NCBI GenBank assembly: GCA_020137815.1 | Contig: CM035355.1 | Coordinates: 6,572,001 to 6,636,000, forward strand | Source: Hormiphora californensis | Taxonomy: Eukaryota; Animalia; Ctenophora | DNA length: 64,000 nucleotides | Direction: 5' to 3' | Notes under the pieces: model-generated | What the model saw: the letters and a program-made list of their open reading frames with translations, nothing else | The model's database searches: none | What the model was told of the DNA's origin: nothing | In this document: piece by piece, positions 11,726-22,200 of the stretch | Layout of the letters: each line of letters starts with the position of its first letter | How positions within the stretch are numbered: the stretch's first letter is position 1 | Program-made: the position numbers and the translations under genes

Positions 11726-13597
11726 TCAATAATTTAAATCCGCTGCTTTCCTTCTCGTTTTCTCCTTTGTGTTTCCTTTAAAATGCTTCTTCCACGGTTT
11801 TCCCTCCGGCCCACCTCCCTCTTTCTGGAATTCAGCCGGCGTCTGGGGTGGTTTCCGACCCTTGGTCAACATTTTCACCTCCCGAGCCCTGAAAAAGTTG
11901 TCCTCAACATTCTCCTTTGCCAGGGTAATCTGAGTTTTCTTTTGTAACCTGACCGCCGTGTTCTCCACCCTCGCCATGTATTTCTCACACACGGGATTAA
12001 AGTTCCCTCCGGTATACCCAGGTGGAGGGTGAGCGAACAACAATTTCCCGTTAACAAAGTCCTTCAACATGACTCGAGCAGCTCGACTTTCATCAGGGGT
12101 ACCTCGGGTTGTCATGAAACCTCGGTTCTGGCCGTACTCTCGGAGTACCTCAAAGGGGTAGGGTTTCCGGCCTTTCTCCAGCTCATCAGGGAGGGGCAGA
12201 GTGATTCCATATATGGATTCCAGGACCTCTTTGGGAATGTTGTCAATGAGGTATGTCATGGGGCCGACATGGTCCCTCATGTGATCGATTGGCAGGATAC
12301 CATTACAGATCATCTCACTCTGGCTGCTAGCTAAGTTAGGGAACACCAACCCAGGACAATCACAAAGCGTCAGATCCTTCCCTTCAAGACTCAGTTTGAA
12401 TGTTTGGAAGTGCTTTGTTTTACCTGGTGTACTTGAAACTTGCACCCGTTTTTCTCTGAGAAGTGAGTTTAGGGTTGAACTTTTACCGACATTAGGATAT
12501 CCAATGAGTCCCACGCAGTACTTGTCATCCTCACTCAGGGTTGCAATGTAGTTGAGGAGATCAGAGTTCTTGAGGATCTCACCAGCTGCTATCAACTCAG
12601 CCACATCTGTTGATCTTGGAATGATCTCTTCAGGTGGAGATGAGGATGATGATGCCATATTCTCAGTTTGAACTTCGAGTTCAACTTCCTTTGTTGGCTC
12701 TGATGATGGTTGTGCTGTTTCCTCCTCCTCTTCTTCTCCCATATCAATTTCTGGAACTCCCTCAGTGGTATCTGTATCAAGAAGAGCGAACTTGTTTCTC
12801 AGAATATCTTTCTCATCGTCTGACAATCCCTCCAAATCATCATCTTCATCACTCTCCTTATTTTCCTCCTCCTCCTCTTCTTCAATGCTCTCTAACTCTT
12901 CGATTGCTGAATAAAACACAACCCTCATCTCCTTCTCTGTAAAATACCTAAACCACTCCATCCTCTGCTCAACTGACAGGTAGTCTGATTTATTGACGAG
13001 TAAAATGTTCTCTTTCCCACTATCAACCTCCTTTACATAGGCTTCCAGGTCAGTGCAGTGGTAAAATAGGGGACTCCTCGCATCGACAATCTGGATCACA
13101 TAATCACTCCTCTCAACCACTCTCCACAACTGTCTCCATACCTCTAGATTCTTCTCGAAGGGTGTTAAAATTATGTGCTGATTCTCCTGGACAACCGCCA
13201 TGTTCTTTCTCCACTCCATAAACGCATCCTTTTCATTTCGATCCAGTTGATCTTTCTCCATTTCCCGTGTCCAGGGGGGTCTCCTGGGTATCCGGATATT
13301 TTGGCGGTTTTCCAACATGGCAAACTGTCGAGCCCTCATCTCCTCTGGTTCTGGGATTGCCTCCGAGTACTGGGTTGTAACTACTCTCATGTTCAACTTT
13401 TCAGCTGTGAAATCCATATTTGCTAGCTCTGCCGTCCGGAAAAATGAGTCCAAGTTATTCTCTTGGGTGCATGAGTCGAGGGTAGCGTAATCTTTGGTTG
13501 CTGTGGCGGTGGTGTGACGATCGCTCGGGGTGAGACGGCGGTTTCTGATATCTGATTTCAGGGATCTTGTTAGACCCATCTTCTTTTGTCGTCCCAT
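11726..13597 (-). CDS. LSG1: Large subunit GTPase 1 (circularly permuted GTPase, 60S maturation), intronless
   Basis: 623-aa ORF: LTPFEKNLEVWRQLWRVVERSD, QIVDARSP, NKSD, GYPNVGKSS, VSSTPGKTKHFQT, LCDCPGLVFP, GILPIDHMRD. Confidence 0.97.
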   Translation of the reverse strand: MGRQKKMGLTRSLKSDIRNRRLTPSDRHTTATATKDYATLDSCTQENNLDSFFRTAELANMDFTAEKLNMRVVTTQYSEAIPEPEEMRARQFAMLENRQNIRIPRRPPWTREMEKDQLDRNEKDAFMEWRKNMAVVQENQHIILTPFEKNLEVWRQLWRVVERSDYVIQIVDARSPLFYHCTDLEAYVKEVDSGKENILLVNKSDYLSVEQRMEWFRYFTEKEMRVVFYSAIEELESIEEEEEEENKESDEDDDLEGLSDDEKDILRNKFALLDTDTTEGVPEIDMGEEEEEETAQPSSEPTKEVELEVQTENMASSSSSPPEEIIPRSTDVAELIAAGEILKNSDLLNYIATLSEDDKYCVGLIGYPNVGKSSTLNSLLREKRVQVSSTPGKTKHFQTFKLSLEGKDLTLCDCPGLVFPNLASSQSEMICNGILPIDHMRDHVGPMTYLIDNIPKEVLESIYGITLPLPDELEKGRKPYPFEVLREYGQNRGFMTTRGTPDESRAARVMLKDFVNGKLLFAHPPPGYTGGNFNPVCEKYMARVENTAVRLQKKTQITLAKENVEDNFFRAREVKMLTKGRKPPQTPAEFQKEGGGPEGKPWKKHFKGNTKEKTRRKAADLNY

Positions 13598-13755
13598 GAT
13601 CTGTGCTACAAAAAGAGGGGGAATTTAGTTGTTTGGCTTTTTGGTATTGTTTAGTGGGAGAGATGGGGTGGGTGGGGTGGGAAGGGCTGGGGGAGACAGA
13701 GAAAATGATAAAATAAACACTAACAAGTCACATTTCACAACACAAATTCAACATT

Positions 13756-14646
13756 CTACTGCTCATCAATACCCTCAAGTTCTACATATTTGTGTGAAAT
13801 TGTCTCCCTCCCCACAGTCACCAACCTAAACCCATTCCTGTCCCCTCCCTGTTGGAGCCCCACCGCTGACGTAACAACAACCTCACAATTCTCAAACCAT
13901 CCCCCCGCATTCTTGTGGAAATGACCGCAGAATATTTTAGTAATCCCTGCATCCACAAACTTCCTCAACATTTTTGTACGAAACTCAATTGGAAAGTTGT
14001 AATACACTTTGCCCTCGTTGGGGTCCTTTAAAAACCACGGAATGTGCTGGAAAACCACAGAGTGGGTGTAATCTTTAGCACGTGCAAGTTGTATTTCCAA
14101 CCACTCTTCGTGCTCTCTAGCCAACTCTCCCACCCCTGACGAATCTTCGTAGTACTGGGAGTTAATGACAATACCGAAGAGACCGCGACATACAAAACTG
14201 TACCAATCGTCCCCGAAATCTGATCTATAGCGGTCGACAGTTTGGGGTGTTGGTGAGTTACCGACATCGTGGTTACCGCACACACACAACAGAGGAACCT
14301 TCAGCTGATTGAAAATCTCGTAGAAATCAGTTTTCTGTCGCTCCCTGGTTTCTGGCCACTTGTGAGGCCACGCATCCAGGAGGTCCCCGCACATAATTGC
14401 AAACACTGGATCTATCTCATTCACCATCTTTACAAAAGATCTGCACCAGCGTTTTTCGTGTTCCCACGTTGCCTGATCGTAGCCCACCTCAGTGCCATTA
14501 CCCTGTCCATAACCCCATGACCCCTCACAACTCCACTCCATCCCTAGTTGGCAGTCAGCAGCCTGGACGAATGTGAACTCTCCCGTGAACTCCTCCCCAC
14601 ATCCCGGTATTGTGAGGGTGTTGTTCGAGGCTTTAACAACTGGCAT
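13756..14646 (-). CDS. CPPED1: Calcineurin-like phosphoesterase CPPED1, intronless
   Basis: AADCQLG, CGDL, CGNHDVGN, FQHIPWF and CGHFHKNAGG metallophosphoesterase motifs. Confidence 0.92.
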   Translation of the reverse strand: MPVVKASNNTLTIPGCGEEFTGEFTFVQAADCQLGMEWSCEGSWGYGQGNGTEVGYDQATWEHEKRWCRSFVKMVNEIDPVFAIMCGDLLDAWPHKWPETRERQKTDFYEIFNQLKVPLLCVCGNHDVGNSPTPQTVDRYRSDFGDDWYSFVCRGLFGIVINSQYYEDSSGVGELAREHEEWLEIQLARAKDYTHSVVFQHIPWFLKDPNEGKVYYNFPIEFRTKMLRKFVDAGITKIFCGHFHKNAGGWFENCEVVVTSAVGLQQGGDRNGFRLVTVGRETISHKYVELEGIDEQ

Positions 14647-14915
14647 ACTACAGGATCAGTGACATGACGAAACGGGGCAAACATAACAAACAGGTTAGAG
14701 GTACTGGGTAGATGACTACGGTGTTTATATTAGGAGAGAGGGATAGGAAATCATTGGGAGAGAAGGGGAACTATTGGGTGGGGCGGGGGTAGTAAAACGC
14801 GGTGTATGATGTAATGGTGGACACAATCATAAATCAGTGCGTACTACTGAGTTACACTGACACTGCATATAAAATAAGTATGGACAAATCGATAAAAATC
14901 CAACATATAACTACA

Positions 14916-15245
14916 TCATGATAACATACCACCCCGCCTAGCACCCACCCACGCATTGAAGATTGTCTTAGTATACTCGATACAGCACTCATCCGTGCAC
15001 CAATATTTCCCCCGATCCGGCTCAGTCTTTGCCTCTTCATAACATCCCTCCTGCAAACAAATCGGCTTGAAACTTGACTTTCGTGTTGCCGTCGGAGTGA
15101 CATTGTTCTCAATTTTCCTCAGCGGAGGTGGAGGGGTTGCCTCCTTCGCTGCTGCTTCTACTTTGACCGTTGATTCTGGTTTTGGGGTGGGTGGTTTGTG
15201 GTCACCACCCCTGGGCGAGGATACAGATGAGGTTAGGGGCGGAGT
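14916..15245 (-). pseudogene. Duplicated 3' tail of the TOX4-like gene
   Basis: Nearly identical to 16072-16401 (offset 1156 bp). Joined out of frame to the truncated CPPED1 copy. Confidence 0.85.
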
Positions 15246-15802
15246 TGTTTATCCAACCACTCCTCATGCTCTCTAGCCAGATCTTCCACCCCTGATGAAT
15301 CTTCGTAGTACTGGGAATTTATGACAATACCGAAGAGACCACGGCACACAAAACTGTACCAATCGTCACCGAAATCTGATCTGTAGCGGTCAACAGTTTG
15401 GGGTGTTGGTGAGTTACCGACATCGTGGTTACCGCACACACACAGCAGAGGGACTTTCAACTGATTGAAAATATCGTAGAAATCGGTTTTCTGTCGCTCC
15501 CTGGTTTCTGGCCACTTGTGAGGCCACGCATCCAGGAGGTCCCCACACATAATCGCAAATACTGGATCTATCTCATTCACCATCTTTACAAAAGATCTAC
15601 ACCAGCGTTTTTCGTGTTCCCACGTTGCCTGATCGTAGCCCACCTCAGTGCCATTACCCTGTCCATAACCCCAGGACCCCTCACAGGACCACTCCATCCC
15701 TAGCTGGCAATCAGCTGCCTGGACGAACGTGAACTCTCCCGTGAACTCCTCCCCACACCCCGGTATTGTGAGGGTGTTGTTGGAGGCTTTAACAACTGGC
15801 AT
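15233..15802 (-). pseudogene. CPPED1: 3'-truncated CPPED1 duplicate
   Basis: Matches the first ~187 aa of the 13756-14646 gene, then runs into HMG-tail sequence and stops (QLRP*). Lacks the FQH and GHFH motifs. Confidence 0.85.
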
Positions 15803-16071
15803 ACTACAGAAACAATGACATGACAAAGTGGGGCAAACATAACAAACAGGGTAAAGGTACTAGATAGATGACTACGGTGTTTATATCAGGAGAGAGGGAT
15901 AGGAAATCATTGGGAGAGAAGGGGAACTATTGGGTGGGGGAAGTTTAGTAAAACGCAGGGTATGATGTAATGGTGGACACAATCATAAATCAGTGCGTAC
16001 TACTGAGTTACACTGACACTGCATATAAAATAAGTATGGACAAATCGATAAAAATCCAACATATAACTACA

Positions 16072-17529
16072 TCATGATAACATACCACCCCGCCTAGCAC
16101 CCACCCACGCATTGAAGATTGTCTTAGTATACTCGATACAGCACTCATCCGTGCACCAATATTTCCCCCGATCCGGCTCAGTCTTTGCCTCTTCATAACA
16201 TCCCTCCTGCAAACAAATCGGCTTGAAACTTGACTTTCGTGTTGCCGTCGGAGTGACATTGTTCTCAATTTTCCTCAGCGGAGGTGGAGGGGTTGCCTCC
16301 TTCGCTGCTGCTTCCACTTTGACCGTTGATTCTGGTTTTGGGGTGGGTGGTTTGTGGTCACCACCCCTGGGCGAGGATACAGATGAGGTTAGGGGCGGAG
16401 TGGGGAGGATGTCCGTGGGTGTTTCTGATGTTGTTCTGCTCTTTTTCTTGAACTTCAAAGGGGGAAGTGGTTGGGGCATTAGAGGATTATCGAGAAGTTT
16501 TATTGACCGATTCTTAGGTTCCGTGCTGACCACCCAATCTGCATCATCCTTTCTCCCGACCTCCATGACATCAGGTGCTTTCCTTTTAACACTCCGTTTT
16601 GATGAAGGAGCAGCATCCGATATCTCACTTGATGGACGTTTTACCCGTTTCGTGGAAGTGGACGATGAATCCGAACTGACTGAAGATGACTTTTTACTGG
16701 GTGCTGGGGATTTCGCCTTTTTCGCATCTTTTTTATCCAACTGCTCCTGCGTTACAACCCCGTTCTTCAGCTTGTAAGCATCACTATTCCGTATGTAGTG
16801 ATTCTTCTGGGCCACCCCCAGTTCGTCCCACATCAACCGTGCCTCCGCTGTAATCTGCTTGTCTGTCAGTCCTGGGGATTGGGCGAGGATTTGGGACCGG
16901 TGCTTCTCCGTGAAGGAACCAAAACCGGTTTGAGGCTTTTTGGTGGACTTTGCGGGTGACGGTTCTGGCGCTGGTGATGCTTTGGGTTTCTTTGGAATCC
17001 TGGGAATCTTCTCCATCTTTGGAACAGGAGGTTCACTTTTAATTGGGTCAGGTGGTTTTTCTTCCTTTGGTTTTAGTTTATCAAACAAGTTCACTGGCTC
17101 CTTAGGTTCTTCTATCCTAGGAGGGGAATCCAAGGGTGAAGGTGTATCAACTGGGATAGGTTTTGGAGCAGTTTTCACGGGTGTCTTCCTTGGCGTTGCC
17201 TTCCGAGCTGGGGTAGGAGGTTTTACCGGTGGCTTCTCTTCTTCTTTCACCGGAGCGGGGGTTGTAACTGCTGGCAGCGGTCCAGGTTCTTGCTTTGTAC
17301 CACCTGCCGCCTCTGAATCAGCGGCTGCCTGTGCCACGAACTTCTCCACGACACCAGGGGGAGCCATGACCGTGACATGGGCTATTGTTTGACCGTGGTT
17401 CATGGTCATAACCTTGACTGGGCCAGCGAGGGATGCGCCAGGAGGTAGGTTGATTTTGGCGACCTTTCCCCCGCTGATCTCAATGGGGATCGCCATCGTG
17501 GTTCGGACCATCTGGGAGTTAGGATCCAT
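16072..17529 (-). CDS. TOX4-like HMG-box protein, intronless
   Basis: HMG box KKPQTGFGSF...ARLMWDELGVAQKNHY. C-terminal CLQEGC...YWCTDECCIEYTKTIFNAWVGAR resembles the TOX4 Cys-rich tail (recognised from memory). Confidence 0.75.
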   Translation of the reverse strand: MDPNSQMVRTTMAIPIEISGGKVAKINLPPGASLAGPVKVMTMNHGQTIAHVTVMAPPGVVEKFVAQAAADSEAAGGTKQEPGPLPAVTTPAPVKEEEKPPVKPPTPARKATPRKTPVKTAPKPIPVDTPSPLDSPPRIEEPKEPVNLFDKLKPKEEKPPDPIKSEPPVPKMEKIPRIPKKPKASPAPEPSPAKSTKKPQTGFGSFTEKHRSQILAQSPGLTDKQITAEARLMWDELGVAQKNHYIRNSDAYKLKNGVVTQEQLDKKDAKKAKSPAPSKKSSSVSSDSSSTSTKRVKRPSSEISDAAPSSKRSVKRKAPDVMEVGRKDDADWVVSTEPKNRSIKLLDNPLMPQPLPPLKFKKKSRTTSETPTDILPTPPLTSSVSSPRGGDHKPPTPKPESTVKVEAAAKEATPPPPLRKIENNVTPTATRKSSFKPICLQEGCYEEAKTEPDRGKYWCTDECCIEYTKTIFNAWVGARRGGMLS

Positions 17530-17803
17530 CTTGTGTTTCTTGCTAGGGAGAAGAATTGGAGTTAGGCAAGTGGGGGGCCGGGGAATGGGGATAGGGTTTC
17601 AGTGATACAGCGAGGTGGGTAGCATTTTAAAGAAGATTTGAGAGATTTAGGAAGGAAATAAAAACACAAGGATCCACGATAAAACAAGAAAATTTAACAG
17701 TACTGTAAAATTCTAGGCCGTACATTTAATATCTCAGACAAACACATTTCCACTATTTGCTTTCAGTCTCAATAAGTCTAAATCAGAACCACTACACATA
17801 ACG

Positions 17804-18667
17804 CTATTGCACAAACAAGTTAGATTTCCGTTTCTTCCACCCACCCCTGATCTGTTTATTAAACCGGTGATGGGTTGCCGTCATCGGAACACCTGCGCTT
17901 CCCAAATTGTTCTCACCGTAACAGTCCTTATGTCCCTGACCCGCCCGGTACAACTTAACCACCATCTGATGCACACATTCCCGATACAAACACTTACACT
18001 TGTACTTTTGGGTCTTTTTGTCATATGTTGTCACCACTCTCCCCGATTTGGGTTTAATACCCTTGATGGTTGAGGTACAAACTGAGTAAAACGCGGATGT
18101 AGAGTCATTGTTCGCGTGGAAGGGCATAATAACGGGGGTGTTGTTATCGAGGCAGTAGTTGTGAAGGGTGTAAACATCACACTTCTCATCATCAGTTATC
18201 CGGTCAAACAACTCAATTTGATCCAAGTCCGGGAAGTCTTCGTTTACATCAGCGATTTCCTGTTCATCATCCATGTATAGATTGTTCTCACGGACATAGC
18301 GCTCCACCGCCGAAAGGTGCTTACACAGCTGTCTGTCCTGCATCTCACACCCAATCTCGCAATAAAACTCTTTTGGATGAGTCTTTTTGAAAATAACATG
18401 AACAGGGAACCCAACTCCAACAGCCGAACTACGGACGATAAAAATCCCTGCCGTTTTGTCGACCATCTGACATTTCAATGCATTCAAAAGTTGGCTTCGC
18501 CTTTCAAACTCTCGTTTACAAGGACGTTTACTTTTTCGCTCAGGTTCAGAGGAGCCTAATTCAGGTTTGATGGTTTCAGGTTGGGAGGAGGGCTCGGGTT
18601 TGGGAGTTCGTTTCAGTAAACTACGCCTGGCGAGCCGGTTCACGGTTTCACAACAAACAGTATCCAT
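17804..18667 (-). CDS. Zinc-module family protein B (stand-alone double SWIM-like domain)
   Basis: 287-aa ORF, closely paralogous to 19324..19935 (PVHVIFKKTHPKEF.CE.GCEMQDRQLCKHLSAVERY; KCKCLYRECVH). Confidence 0.8.
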   Translation of the reverse strand: MDTVCCETVNRLARRSLLKRTPKPEPSSQPETIKPELGSSEPERKSKRPCKREFERRSQLLNALKCQMVDKTAGIFIVRSSAVGVGFPVHVIFKKTHPKEFYCEIGCEMQDRQLCKHLSAVERYVRENNLYMDDEQEIADVNEDFPDLDQIELFDRITDDEKCDVYTLHNYCLDNNTPVIMPFHANNDSTSAFYSVCTSTIKGIKPKSGRVVTTYDKKTQKYKCKCLYRECVHQMVVKLYRAGQGHKDCYGENNLGSAGVPMTATHHRFNKQIRGGWKKRKSNLFVQ

Positions 18668-18668
18668 T

Positions 18669-18843
18669 TCCTAGAAAGGGAGTAGAGGGAGTGTTAATTC
18701 ATGGAAAAGGGGGTCGAGGGAGTGATAATTTCTAGAAAGAGAAAGGAGTAGAGGGAGTGTTAATTCTGAGAAAGGGAGTAGAGGGAGTGTTAATTCCTGG
18801 AAAGGGAGTAGAGGGAGTGATAATTCCTGGAAAGGGAGTAGAG
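18669..18843. repeat. ~30-bp tandem repeat of the pyrimidine tract/acceptor upstream of gene B
   Basis: ~6 copies of gaaagggagtagagggagtg(t/a)taattcct. The proximal copy reads ...ctccctttctag gaaATG on the - strand. Confidence 0.8.
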
Positions 18844-19225
18844 CTGAGGAAGTGTAGGGATTATTCAGAGAGAAGAACAGTGGGTTTATGGGAAGAACGG
18901 GTTAAGAAAAACACGGTGAGTATAGAAAACATGGTGGGCTTGAAAACAAAGTTAGAAAACGCAGGGAGTTTACATGACAAAAGGGTCAGGGAGGTTCAGA
19001 GGGTCAAATAAAACTCGACTGCTTTTTAGTAAAGGCTAACAGCTCAGGTTGTATTAAAATAAATAAAAATTGAATTAAAACAACGCTCTCTTTTTCATAG
19101 TCCTATGGAAATAAGTTATTAACTTTTAAAAGATGAAAAAATAGAGCGGGGAGAACTTGCTTTAACACACACTCACACACGGACAAATGTCCAAAAACAA
19201 ACGAACAGCCCCGTGCACAATTCAC

Positions 19226-22200
19226 TCATACTCGGCGTCCAGAGACTTTCAGGTACCTTCTCTGGTCATCATCGTAAAGATTGTCCAAAAATTGATTAGC
19301 ACTGATTATCTTCATGGGCTGGTTCACACTGCCCTGGATTGTTTGACCCATAACAGTCCTTTCAGACCGAGACTCGCCCGGTACAGCTTAGTAACCGTGG
19401 TATGGACACACTCCTTGTAGAAGCATTTGCAGAGGTACTTTTGAGTCTTTTTGTTGTACGTGGTGATAACCCTACCAGAGCGTGTGTAGTACCCTTTGAA
19501 CATGGCGTTACAGACAGAATAGAAGGTACAGGAGGTCTCCTCACCATCAGGATATTTGAAGGTTTGGAAGGGTCGAATAACGGGGGTGTTGTTGTCGAGG
19601 CAGTAATTGTGGAGGGTGTAAACATCACACTTCTCATCATCAGTTATCCGGTCAAACAACTCAATTTGATCCAAGTCCGGGAAGTCCTCGTTCAAATCGG
19701 TGCACTCCGGTTCTTCCTCTTTGTATAGATTGTTCTCACGGACATAACGTTCCACGGCTGAAAGGTGCTTACACAGCTGTCTGTCCTGCATCTCACAACC
19801 ACTCTCACAGTGAAACTCTTTTGGGTGAGTCTTTTTGAAGATAACATGAACAGGAAAACCTAGACCAACCGCTGAGCCCCGAACCAAAAATATACCTGCT
19901 GATTTATCAACTAACTGACACCCTAAACTCTCCACCCTCTCCTTCTTCAGCTCCGACTTTGTACTCTTCTTCCTCTTCTTATAGCTGACCTTTCATGAGA
20001 GACTGGCCACCTACCAGTAGTCTTCCTCTTCTTCCTCAGGTACCGAATACACCGGGGAAAGTGCCGGAGCATGGGCTGTAGGGAATCAGATTTAGTACAA
20101 ATAGGGACAGTGATAGTGGAGATCACCCTGCCCACCGTGACATCCCTCACCACTCCTACTGCACGGGATAATCTTCAACAGAGTCACCTCCCGGTCGTTC
20201 AAGTTCGGGATATCAGGATATACGATGGAGTTGTCCTCCGCGCCAGAAGTGCTAACTCCACTGTCGACACCCCGAGAGCCATATTTCTGGTGTGCGACAA
20301 AACAATCTCGGTAAGTGAGCGGCAACTTTCTTCTGGTTGTAGTCGATGAAGTTGCAGAGTGAGCAGTGCCAGTGGCCACACCTGCCTTCCCGTGGTTCAA
20401 AGTTTTCCGAGCTGCACTTTTCAATGGCTGCAGTGCAGTACTAGGATGTGAGTTGAAGCAGCCTTAGCGGAGCAGACCTCTGTGTAGTGCAGTGTCACCT
20501 TCCTCTTCCTCCAATCCACATAAGGACACAATGGGCAGTGGAAATGATGTGCCTTCTTCTCCTCACATTTCCGATGAGGCGCACACTCCATGTAATCCTT
20601 AGCGCACTGCATTATATCAAAGTCGATCATGGAGCCGGGAATTTGTGATTTAACGTGGAACTCTACAAAATTACTGCAGTGAATGAAGTGCTTGATGCCG
20701 AGGAGGCTCCCAAAACCGACCTTATCGCAGATCGGACAATGCCAATGCTTCCTCCAGGACCCATAGTCATCGATCCGTGTATTCAGGGGATACGTACACT
20801 GGTAGACATTGTTAGAGCAAAACACGAGGGGAGAGTTGCTAGGGGTAATCCGGGAATCCGATACTGCTCAACAATCTTCCTATCAGCATTCCACCATTCA
20901 GTAGCGCCTTATTTTTAGCCATCAGCAACGACTTGGAACCCTTCTTGGTCCTCTTCATGCAGGATAAATGGTGCTCCGAGGCAGTGCTCTTGGTGGGACC
21001 AGTAAACCCGCACAGAGAGCAATGCCAGTGTTTCTCCTGCTGGACAGGAACTAAAGCTAAAGCAGACCCGGGTGTTGTGGTGGAGTGGTTGACAGAGCAG
21101 GAGAACACCCCATGTACCTCGTCTTCCTCGTCACTAGAAATCATATCATCCTCCATAAGAACAGCACTTGTGGGACACGTCTCCACGTCCACGTCAACTA
21201 TCTCCACACCCATGTGGTTCTTCAAGATATGGGATCGGATTCGGTAGCGTTTGTAGTCGACAAAATCACACGCCCGGCAGTGCCAGTGGGCTCGACGACG
21301 AGGGTCGACCTTCCTACTGCCCTTACACAGCCTGATATCCTGCTCGCATCTTTCCATCATCTGCATGCAGGGGTCATCAGTTGCATTCTCTCCTGTCCCA
21401 CCTCCACCTCCTCCACTCGCATTTGTACCGCCAGACAAAAGGGAAACATTTGGACGAATGGTGATCTTGGCGGGGCTGATGGATGAATCGAGGTCAAACG
21501 CTTTGGAGATGTGGGCTTTTTGAACGTGATTCTCTGCCCTGTCCTTCCTGTAACTAACATAACTACAGACAGAGCAATGGAAATGTGTCACACGTTTTGA
21601 GTCTGTGGTATTGCACGACGCCTCTCTCTGTCTGCACACAATAACATTTGGTGGGTTTTTGAATTTGTCCTCATTTGGGTCCACCTTCTCTCTGAGGGCC
21701 CTGGCCCTGGATCGTAGACACTGTCCTATCTGGTGCTGTTGGAGGGACTTTTTGTTGAGATCAGGCTTGGAACAGATACCACAGTGATAATGAACAGGTC
21801 GTCCCGGGAGATCGTCAACTCTGCAAATGGGCAACTTTTTGAAGCACTTGATCACACTGGTTAGCTGGTCGGGTGTGTCGTATTCCTGCTCAAAATCTGT
21901 ATCACTATCCTCACTATCACTGTTCCTCAGCGCCGAGGGATCCATTTCTTTCCGCTTCTGGTTGGAAAATGTGGCATCCTTGAGATCAGTCCCAAGGTTT
22001 GAAAGGCAGGTGGTGAAGTGTTTTATCATGGACGCTTTACCACCAGAGAGGGTGCAAATTGGACAGTGCCAGTGAATTCGCCCTGATTTTTGGGAGAAAC
22101 CCCCACTGCCAAAGCAGCCGTCCATCCTTTTGAAACATGGGATAATGTTGATGTACTTCCGGGAGGTGTTGTCAATGACAGGAAACTCCACCGGGGAATC

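Noticed and set aside
16223-17605. Antisense ORFs over the HMG gene
   Set aside because: Shadow ORFs of a low-complexity coding strand.
20830-20910. Alternative path through a third frame (ATEWWNADRKIVEQYRIPG) needing four shifts
   Set aside because: It cannot be distinguished from a single +1 near CCC-TAG, so the simpler model was kept.
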